64,000 nt of DNA from Camelus ferus. Lineage: Eukaryota. The notes beneath the pieces are model-generated. The model saw only the letters and a list, made by a program, of their open reading frames with translations. It was not told the origin of the DNA and searched no databases. The DNA lies in assembly GCF_009834535.1 (NCBI RefSeq), contig NC_045697.1:119662001-119726000 (forward strand), written 5' to 3'. Shown here one piece after another: positions 53,717 to 64,000 of this stretch. Made by a program: the position numbers and the translations under genes. Each line of letters begins with the position of its first letter. The first letter of the stretch is position 1.

Positions 53717-56700
53717 TCACAGATTTGTCCCTCTTAGGGAGAAGTCCGCTAATTTCCTCCACAGTGCATCTTGGGGCACTCGCTGCTTCTTAGATTTTCA
53801 GTGTATCTCCCAGTTTTCCCTCGCAGCCCGGCCTTTTAAAACACTCAGTGATAATAAGCTAGGTTTCTATTGGAACCCAGGTGCTGCAGACAATTGTAGG
53901 AAACTCCCCACCCTCAGAATAACAGAACAATAATTTGAGTGTCTGATTTAGATGGGTAAACTAAATCCACGCATGTTTCAGTTTGTATAGGAGTTCCTAG
54001 GTTGTGGGAGTTCGGATATTTACATCCACTGTCCATGGGGAGTCCCTTGCAGTTGCTTGGATTCCAGCCCAACCCCCAGCGTTCCCTCGCATCCCGGCCT
54101 GTGAAAACTCTCAGGGAAAAAAAGCTACAGTTTCTATAAGAACTAAGACGATCATGACAGTTGTAGAAAACTCCCTACTCTAAGGAAAACAGAACACAAT
54201 CTTTGTGTGTGTGATGGAGTAGGAAAACACAGTAAGGCATGTCCCTTGGGTTCAGGTGTTCGCAGGATGGGAAATGTTGGCTAATTACTTCCAATGCCCA
54301 TGGGGAAGCTCTCTCTTCTTCTTCGATATCTAGCCCTATCCTAGGATTCCCTTGCAGCCCGACCGTGGAAAACACCCAGGGATGACAAACTAAATCATTC
54401 TATCAGAACCAGGGACGCTGCTGTATGTTGGAGGAACCTCCAAACTCTCAGGATTCCTGAACACGGATTTGCTTGTTGGGAATTGTGAAGCCCCACAGCA
54501 CACTCATTGCTGGGGCCCAAGATTTTCCCTTTTAAGGCCAAGTCCGCTAATTACCTCCAATGTCCATCTCGGGGAACTGGCTTCTACATGAATTTCCAGC
54601 CCAAACCCAAGCTTTCCCTCGCAGTCCGGCCTGGGAAACACACAGGGAAAGTATGTTATTGGTTGTAATGGAACCCAGTCTCTACCTACTGTTGTAGGAA
54701 CCTTCCCACATGTAGGGTAAAAGAAGAAACTTTTGTGTGTCTGATGGAGATGGGTAAAAATACTCCAAGCATGTATCATGGGGCTTAGGTGTTCCAAGGC
54801 TGTGGGACGTCGGAAAATTACCTCAAATTCTCATGTGGAGTAACTCGATGCTGCTATGAATTACAGCCAAGCCCACAGTTTTACCTAGCAGACAGGCCTG
54901 TGAAAACACTCACGGAAAAAAAAATACTGATGCTACCAGAACACAGGCGCTGCTGAAATTTGTAGAATCCTCCCCACACTCAGGATAGCAGAACAAATTT
55001 TTGTGTGTGTGATGGTGTAGGAAAATACACTCCAGGCATGTTTCTGGGGGTACAACTGTTCCCAGGATGGGAGATGTCGCCTAATTACCTCCTCTTCCAA
55101 TGGGGAGGCACTCTATACTTCTTCGCTTTCCAGTCCAAATCCCAGCTTTCGTTTAAAGCCTGGCCTAAGAAAAAACCTTGGGATGACATTATTAGTGATT
55201 CTATAAGAAACCCCGCTCTGCTGCCTGTTGGAGGTACAACACACACTCAAAATTTCGGAACATGGCTTTGCATGGTGTAGGTGTGGATACCAACACCACA
55301 AGATGCCTGGGGGCACAGTTTCTCTCTGTCTGGGAGAATGTCGCTAATTACATCTACAGTCAATTTCTGGGCAATCCTGGCTACTTAGCTTTCCAGCCGA
55401 ACCCCCAGTTTCCCACGCAGCCCGCCCTAGAAAACACACAGAGTTTATAAGCTAGTGGTCTATTGGAACCCAGTCACTGCAGACCGTTGTAGGAAGCTCC
55501 GCACACGCAGGATAACAGAACACTGTTTTGTGTCTGATTGAGATGTTAAAAACTCCACGCATATTTCTTGGGGTACAGGTTTTCCTAGGATGGGGGAGAT
55601 CAGATTATTCCCATTAATGCCCATGTGGAGGTAATCGTTCCTGCTTGGAATTACATCCCATCCCCCAGTTTCCCTTGCAACCAAGTCAGAGAAAGCAGTC
55701 AGGAAATTTAGCTAAAATTTCTATTAGAACCCAGGCGCTGCTGAAATTTGAAGAAACCTCCCCATACACAGGGTAACAGAACACTTCTTTGTGTGTGTGA
55801 TGGAGTAGGAAAACACACGCCATGCATGTTTCTGGGGTGCAGGTGTAACCAGGTTGTGAGTCGTTGGCTAAGTATCTCCATAGCCCATGGGTAGGCACTC
55901 TGTTTTTTTCGTTTTCCAGCCCTATTCCCATCTTTCCATTGCAGCCCGGGTTAGGAAAACACCCAGGGATGACAAACTAAGTGATTCTATCAGAACCCCG
56001 GCGCTGCTGTCTGTTCGAGGAACCTCCACAGACAGAGGATTAACAAATAGTTCTTTGCTTGGGGGAATTGTGAAGCCCCACTCCACACACATGACTGAGG
56101 GCACAAGTTTTTCCCTTTTAGTTAGAAGTCCGCTAATTACCTCTACAGACCGTCGTGGGGCACTCGCTACTACTTGGATTCCCATCCCAACCCCAAGTTT
56201 CCCTTGAAGCCCGGCCTGGGGAAACACACAGGGAAAAGTCTCTACTGGTGCTATTAGAACACATGCGCTGCTGACAAATTTGGAAACCTTCGAACACTCA
56301 GGATTACAGAACACATCTTTCTGTGTGTGATGGAGTAGTAAACCACACTCCAGGCATTTTTCTGGGGATCCAGTTTTTCCCAGGTTGGGAGATGTCGGCT
56401 AGATTCCTTCACTGCCCATTGGGATACATTGACTTCTTCATTTTCAAGCCCAACTCCCAACTTTCCCTTGCATCCCGGTCTTGGATTATACCCAGGGATG
56501 ACAGTCTACGTGATTTTATCAGAGCTACGATGCTGCTGTCTTTTTTAGGAACTTCCAGACACTTAGGATTCTGGATCACTGCTATGCTTGGGGGTAGTTT
56601 GGAGACCCACACCACAGAGATGGCTGGGGGCACAGGTTTTTCCCTGTTAGGGAGATGTCCGCTAATTACCTCCACAGTCCATCTCGGGTCACTCGCTGCT

Positions 56701-59700
56701 ACATGGCTTTCCAGCGCAAGCGCAGCATTCCCTCGCAGGCCGGCCTGGGAAAACAATCAGGGATAATAAGCCAGTGGTTCTATTGGAACCCAGGTGCTGC
56801 AGAACATTGTAGGATACTCCCCACACCTAGGAAATTTGAACACTTCTTTGTGTGTCTCGAAGTTTTGTAAACAATCTCCACGAGTGTTTCAGGGTGTTAA
56901 GGTGTTCCTAGTTAGTGGGAGTTCGGGTAATAACCTCCAATGCCCATGGGAGGGACTCGATCCTGCTTGGCTTTCTAGCCCAACCCCCAGAATTCCCTCT
57001 CAGCCCGGCCTGGGAAAACACTCAGGGATAATATGCTATTGGTTGTATTGGAACCCAGTCGCTACCTATCGTTGTAGGCTCATTCCCACATCTGGGATAG
57101 CAGCAGAAACCTTTGTGTGTCTGATGGAAATGGGTAAACAAACTCCACGCATGTTTCAGGGGGCACAGTTGTTCCAAGGCTCTGGTACGTCGGAAAATTA
57201 CCTCAAAATCTCATGGGGGTTTCTCGCTCCTGCTACGAATTACAGCCAAACCCACAGTTTACCTCACAGCTAGGCGTGTGAAAACACTCACGGAAAAGAA
57301 AATACTGGTACTATTAGAACCCAGGCGCTGCTGATATTTGTAGAATCCTATCCACACTCAGGATAGCAGAACACATCTTTGTGTGTGTGATGGTGTACAA
57401 AATTACACTCCAGGCATATTTCTGGGGGTACAGCTGTTCCCAGGTTTGGAGATGTCGCCTAATTACCTCCACTGCCAATGGGGAAGCAATCTATACTTCT
57501 TCGCTTTGCAGACCATCTCCCAAATTTCCCTTACAGCCTGGCCTAAGAAAACACCTAGGGATGACAATGTTAGTGATTCCATCAGAAACACAGCGCTGCT
57601 GTCTGTTGGAGGTACAACAAAGACTCAAAATTCCGGAGCAAGAATTTGCTTGGGGGAGGTGTGGAGCCCCCCACCACACAGAGGACAGGGGTCACAGAAT
57701 TTCCTTGTTTATGAGAAGTCTGCTAATTACCTCTACAGTCTATCTCTGGGCACTCGTTGCTACTTGGCTTTCCAGCCGAACCCCCAACTTTCCCTCGCTG
57801 CCCGCCCTGGAAAACACTTCAGAGATAATAAGTTAATGGTTCTATTGGAACACAAGCACTGCAGACCGTTGAAGTAACCTCCGCACACGCAGGATAACAG
57901 AAAAATTTTTTTGTGTCTCATTGAGATGGTAAAAGATCCACACATATTTCAGGGTTTACTGGTGTTCCTAGGTTGTGGGAGGTCAGATACATCCCACTAC
58001 AGCCCATGGGGAAGTACTCGCTCCTGCTTGGCTTTCCAGCCCATCCCCCTGTTTCCTTTGCATCCCAGCCTGAGAAAACAATCAGAAAATGTAGCTAAAG
58101 GTTCTATCAAAACCCCGGTGCTGCCATCTGTTGTAGGAAAATCCACAAACACAGGATTCCCAAACACGGCTTTGCTTGGAAGAGTTTAGAAGCCCCAATT
58201 CACACACATGCCTGGGGGCACAAGTTTTTCCCTTTTAGGGCCAAGTCTGCTAATTACCTCCATAGTCCATCTCGGGGCACTCGTAGCTACTTGGATTCCC
58301 AGCCCAACACACATTTATCCCTTGCAAAACGGCCTGGGGTAACACAGAAGGAAAAGAAGCTATTGGTGCTATTCGAACCTATGTACTGCTGACAAATATG
58401 GAAACTTTCGAAAAATCAGGATAACAGAACATATCTTTCTGTGTGTGATGGAGTAGGAAAACACACTCCAGGCATTTTTCTGTGGATCCAGGTTTTCCCA
58501 GGATGGGAGATGTCGGCTAGATTCCTTCAGTGCCCATGGGGTGGCACTGTCTTCTTCTTCGTATTCAAGCCCAACTCCCAGCTTTCCCTTGCAGCCCGGA
58601 CAAGTGAAACACCCATGCATGACAAATAAGTGATTCTATCAGAACCCTGACTTTGCGGTCTGTTGGAGGAACCTCCAAACTTTCAGGATTCTGGAACACG
58701 TCTTTGAGTGTGGGGAGTTGTGGAACCCCAATCCACGCAGATGGATGGGGTCACAGATTTCTCCCTGTTAGGGAGAAGTCCGCTAATTACCTCCACAGTG
58801 CATCTTGGGGCACTCGCTGCTTCTTAGATTTTCAGTATATCCCCCAGTTTTCACTCACAGCCCGGCCTTGTGAAATACACAGTGATAATAAGCTAGGATT
58901 CCATTGGAACCCAGGTTCTGCAGACAATTGTAGGAACCACCCCACACTCAGAATAACAGAACAATACTTTGAGTGTCTGATTTAGATGGGTAAACTAAAT
59001 CCACGCATGTTTCATGTTGTATAGGCGTTCCTAGGTTGTGGGAGTTTGGATAATTACACCCACTGTCCATGGGGTGTCCCTTGCAGTTGCTTGGATTCCA
59101 GCCCAACACCCAGAATTCCCTCACATCCCGGCCTGTGAAAACACTCAGGGAAAAAATCTACAGTTTCTATAAGAACAAAGGCGCTCCTGACAGTTGTAGA
59201 AACCTCCCTACACTAAGGAAAACAGAACAAATCTTGGTGTGTGTGATGGAGTTGGAAAACACAGTAAGGCATGTCACTGGGGTGCAGGTGTTCGCAGGAT
59301 GGGAAATGTTGGCTAATTACCTCCACTGCCCATGGGGAAGCACTCTCTTCTTCTTCGATATCTAGCCCTAATCCTAGGATTTCCTTGCAGCCCGACCGTG
59401 GAAAACACCCAGGGATTAAAAACTAAATCTTTCTATCAGAACCAGGACGCTGCTGTATGTTGGAGGAACCTCCAAACTCTCAGGATTCTGGAACACGTAT
59501 TTGCTTGTTGCGAATTGTGGAGCCCCACAGCACACTCATTGCCGGGGCACAAGATTTTCCCTTTGAAGGCCAAGTCCGCTAATTCCCTCCATAGTCCATC
59601 TCGGGGAACTAGCTGCTACTTGATTTCCAGCCCAAACCCAAGCTTTCCCTCGCAGTCCGGCCTGGGAAACACACAGGGAAAGTATGTTATTGGTTGTAAT

Positions 59701-62700
59701 GGAACCCAGTCTCTACCTACCGTTGTAGGAAACTTCCCACAAATAGGATAAAAGAAGAAACATTTGTGTGTCTGATGGAGATGGGTAAAAAACTCCAAGC
59801 ATTTATCAGGGGGCTTAGGTGTTCCAAGCCTGTGGGACGTCGGAAAATTACCTCAAAGTCTCATGGGGAGTAACTCGCTGCTGCTACGAATTACAGCCAA
59901 GCCCACAGATTTTCCTCGCAGCCAGGCCTGTGAAAACACTCACGGAAAACAAAATACTGATGCTACTAGAACCCAGGCGCAGCTGAATGTTGTAGAATCC
60001 TCCCCACACTCAGGATAGCAGAACAAATTTTTGTGTATGTGATGGTGTAGGAAAATACATCCCAGGCATATTTCTGGTGTTACAGCTGTTCCCAGGATGG
60101 GAGATGTCGCCTAATTACCTCCACTTCCAATGGGGAGGCACTCTATACTTCTTCGCTTTCCAGACCAACTCCCAGTTTTCCTTTGAATCCCGGCCTAAGA
60201 AAAAACCTAGGGATGACAATATTAGTGATTCTATAAGAAACACCGCTCTGCTGCCTGTTGGAGGTACAGCACACACTCAAAATTCCGGAACATGGCTTTG
60301 CTTGGTGGAGGTGTGGAGACCAACACCACAAGATGCCTGGGGGCACAGTTTCTCTCTGTCTGTGAGAAGTCCGCTAATTACCTCTACAGTCAATTTCTGG
60401 GCAATCCTGTCTACTTGGCTTTCCAGCGAACCCCCAGTTTCCCTCGCAGCCCGCCCTGGGAAACACACAGAGTTTATAAGCGAGTGGTTCTATTGGAAAC
60501 CAGGCACTGCAGACCGTTGTAGGAAGCTCCACACACGCAGGATAACAGAACAATATTTTGTGTCTGATTGAGATGTTAAAAACTCCACACATTTTTCAGG
60601 GGGTACAGGTTTTCCTAGGATGGGGGAGATCAGATTATTCCCATTAATGCCCATGGGGAGGTAATCGCTCCTGCTTGGATTTCCATCCCATCCCCCAGTT
60701 TCCCTTGCAACCCAGTCAGAGAAAGCTGTCAGGAAATTTAGCTAAAGTTTCTATTAGAACCACGGCGCTGCTGACAGTTGTAGAAACCTCCCCATACACA
60801 GGGTAACAGAACACTTCTTTGTGTGTGTGATGGAGTAGGAAAACACACGCCATGCATTTTTCTGGGGTGCAGGTGTAACCAGGTTGTGAGTCGTTGGCTA
60901 AGTATCTCTACAGCCCATTAGTAGGCACTCTGTTTTACTTCGTTTTCCAGCCCTACTCCCAGGTTTCCCTTGCAGCCCGGGTTAGGAAAACACCCAGGGA
61001 TGACAAACTAAGTGATTCTATCAGAACCCCGGCGCTGCTGTCTGTTCGAGGAACCTCCACACACAAGGATTAACAAACACGTCTTTGCTTGTGGGAATTG
61101 TGAAGCAACACTCCACACACATGACTGAGGGCACAAGTTTTTCCCTGTTAGGTAGAAGTCCGCTAATTACCTCTACAGAACATCGTGGGGCACTCGCTGC
61201 TACTTGGATTCCATCCCAACCCACAAGTTTCCCTTGCAGCGCGCCCTGGGGAAACACACAGGGAAAAGTATCTACTGGTGCTATTAGAACACATGCGCTG
61301 CTGAAAATTGTGGAAACCTTCGAAAACTCAGGATAACAGAACATATCTTTCTGTGTGTGATGGAGTAAGTAAAACACACTCCAGGAATTTTTCTGGGGAT
61401 CCAGTTTTTCCCAGGTTGGGAGATGTCGTCTAGATTCCTTCACTGCCCATGGGGATACATTGACTTCTTCGTTTTCAAGCCCAACTCCCAACTTTCCCTT
61501 GCAGCCCGGTCTTGGATTATACCCAGGGATGACACTCTAAGTGATTTTATCAGAGCTAAGAGCCTGCTGTCTTTTCTAGGAACTTCCAGACACTTAGGAT
61601 TCTGGATCACTGCTATGCTTGGGGGTAGCATTGGAGACCCACACCACAGAGATGGAAGGGGGCACAGGTTTTTCCCTGTTAGGGAGATGTCCGCTAATTA
61701 TCTCCACAGTCCATCTCGGGTCACTCGCTGCTACATGGCTTTCCAGCGCAAGCGCAGCATTTCCTCGCAGGCCGGCCTGGGAAAACAGTCAGGGATAATA
61801 AGCAAGTGGTTCTAATGGAACCCAGGTGCTGCAGAACACTGTAGGAAACTCCCCACACACAGGAAATTAGAACACTAGTTTGTGGGTCTCATGCAGTTTG
61901 GTAAACAAACTCCACGCGTGTTTCAGGGGGTTAAGATGTTCCTAGTTAGTGGGAGTTCGGGTAATAACCTCCAATGCCCATGGGGAGGCACTCGCTCCTT
62001 CTTGGCTTTCCAGCCCAACCCCCAGCATTCCCTCTCAGCCCGGCCTAGGAAAACACTCAGGGATAATATGCTATTGGTTGTATTGGAACCCAGTCGCTAC
62101 CTAAAGTTGTAGGGTCCTTCCCCCAATTGCGATAGCAGCAGAAAACTTTGTGTGTCTGATGCAGATGGGTAAACAAACTCCACGCATGTTTCAGGGGGCA
62201 CAGTTGTTCCAAGGATGTGGGACGTCGGAAAATTACCTCAAATACTCATGGGGCCTATCTCGCTGCTGCTACGAATTACAGCCAAACCCACAGCTTTACC
62301 TCGCAGCTAAGCGTGTAAAAACACTAACGGAAAAGAAAATAATGGTGCTATTAGAACCCAGGCGCTGCTGATATTTGTAGAATCCTCCCCATACTCAGGA
62401 TAGCAGAACACATCTTTGTGTGTGTGATGGTGTAGGAAAATACACTCCAGGCATATTCCTGGGGGTTCAGCTGATCCTAGGTTTGGAGATGTCGTCTAAT
62501 TACCTCCACTGCCACTGGGGAGGCAATCTATACTTCTTCGCTTTGCAGACCATCTCCCAAATTTCCCTTACAGCCTGGCCTAAGAAAACACCTAGGGATG
62601 ACAATGTTAGTGATTCTATCAGAAACACGGCGCTGCTGTCTGTTGGAGGTACAGCAAAGACTCAAAATTCCGGAGCAAGAATTTGCTTGGGGGAGGTGTG

Positions 62701-63787
62701 GAGCCCCCCACCACACAGAGGACAGGGGTCACAGAATTTCCTTGTTTATGAGAAGTCTGCTAATTACCTCTACAGTCTATCTCTGGGCACTCGTTGCTAC
62801 TTGGCTTTCCAGCCGAACCCCCAACTTTCCCTCGCTGCCCGCCCTGGAAAACACTTCAGAGATAATAAGTTAATGGTTCTATTGGAACACAAGCACTGCA
62901 GACCGTTGAAGTAACCTCCGCACACGCAGGATAACAGAAAAATTTTTTTGTGTCTCATTGAGATGGTAAAAGATCCACACATATTTCAGGGTTTACTGGT
63001 GTTCCTAGGTTGTGGGAGGTCAGATACATCCCACTACAGCCCATGGGGAAGTACTCGCTCCTGCTTGTCTTTCCAGCCCATCCCCCTGTTTCCTTTGCAT
63101 CCCAGCCTGAGAAAACAATCAGAAAATGTAGCTAAAGGTTCTATCAAAACCCCGGTGCTGCCATCTGTTGTAGGAAAATCCACAAACACAGGATTCCCAA
63201 ACACGGCTTTGCTTGGAAGAGTTTAGAAGCCCCAATTCACACACATGCCTGGGGGCACAAGTTTTTCCCTTTTAGGGCCAAGTCCGCTAATTAACTCCAT
63301 AGTCCATCTCGGGGCACTCGTAGCTACTTGGATTCCCAGCCCAACACACATTTATCCCTTGCAAAACGGCCTGGGGTAACACAGAAGGAAAAGAAGCTAT
63401 TGGTGCTATTCGAACCCATGTACTGCTGACAAATATGGAAACCTTCGAAAAATCAGGATAACAGAACATATCTTTCTGTGTGTGATGGAGTAGGAAAACA
63501 CACTCCAGGCATTTTTCTGGGGATCCAGGTTTTCCCAGGATGGGAGATGTCGGCTAGATTCCTTCAGTGCCCATGGGGTGTCACTGTCTTCTTCTTCGTT
63601 TTCAAGCCCAACTCCCAGCTTTCCCTTGCAGCCCGGACAAGTGAAACACCCATGGATGACAAATAAGTGATTCTATAAGAACCCCGGCTTTGCTGTCTGT
63701 TGGAGGAACCTCCAAACTTTCAGGATTCTGGAACACGTCTTTGAGTGTGGGGAGTTGTGGAACCCCAATCCACGCAGATGGATGGGG
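53717..63787. repeat. Two 19-monomer HOR copies (11-mer plus 8-mer)
   Basis: Periods 5034 and 5037 bp; 19 anchors counted in 53717-58750. Confidence 0.9.
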
Positions 63788-64000
63788 TCACAGATTTCTC
63801 CCTGTTAGGGAGAAGTCCGCTAATTACCTCCACAGTGCATCTTGGGGCACTCGCTGCTTCTTAGATTTTCAGTATATCCCCCAGTTTTCACTCACAGCCT
63901 GGGCTTGAAAAATACACAGTGATAATAAGCTAGGATTCCATTGGAACCCAGGTTCTGCAGACAATTGTAGGAACCACCCCACACTCAGAATAACAGAACA

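Larger units (their letters stand above)
43000..64000. repeat. Satellite array, same ~265-bp family, distinct HOR subfamily (right)
   Basis: Marker GATGGATGGGGTCACAGATTT with TCACAG at 47903, 50811, 53717, 58751, 63788; periods 2908, 2906, 5034, 5037. Fixed differences from the left block include CCCGGACAAGTG vs CCCGGACTAGTG and GCAGATGGATGG vs GCAGAAGGATGG. Confidence 0.97.

Noticed and set aside
74..63908. Numerous 60-198 aa ORFs on both strands
   Set aside because: They recur with the repeat period, shift frame and gain stops between copies, many use non-ATG starts, and none shows a domain I recognise.
1..64000. CRISPR-like array or other prokaryotic repeat-spacer system
   Set aside because: The sequence between conserved motifs is itself homologous and repeated, there are no unique spacers or cas-like genes, and the period is ~265 bp.
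1..64000. Assignment to a named satellite family or species
   Set aside because: Monomer length alone is not diagnostic and I do not reliably recognise the sequence; a database search is needed.
1..64000. Tandem 5S, tRNA or snRNA gene cluster, or tandem coding exons (e.g. zinc fingers)
   Set aside because: No recognisable RNA gene sequence or Pol III A/B boxes; the monomer length is variable and not frame-preserving; no C2H2 or linker pattern in the translations.
1..64000. Transposon insertions or inversions in the array
   Set aside because: All HOR lengths are integer multiples of the monomer and all anchors are on the same strand; I saw no poly-A tails, target-site duplications or foreign segments.

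Overview
The whole 64 kb is one head-to-tail satellite DNA array in a single orientation, interrupted only by a 100-N assembly gap (42900-42999). I find no credible genes; every ORF in the track is a repeat read-through. The monomer is about 264-266 bp (anchor GCTAATTACCTCCAC and variants) and is organised in nested levels. (1) Three monomer classes, which I label Y, Z and X, occur as YZX trimers and ZX dimers. (2) An 11-monomer core higher-order repeat (HOR, about 2.91 kb) is expanded by a C-D dimer and/or extra I-J-K trimers to 13-, 14-, 16-, 17- and 19-mers. (3) There is a roughly 11.9 kb super-period left of the gap. Right of the gap lies a distinct subfamily of 11-mers and 19-mers (11 plus a deleted 8-mer) with a possible 15.9 kb super-period. 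Monomer letters and classes are my own labels from reading by eye; internal coordinates are good to a few bp. The organisation and CpG decay suggest a vertebrate centromeric or pericentromeric satellite (inference). I cannot assign the species or family, or say whether it is already described, without a search.
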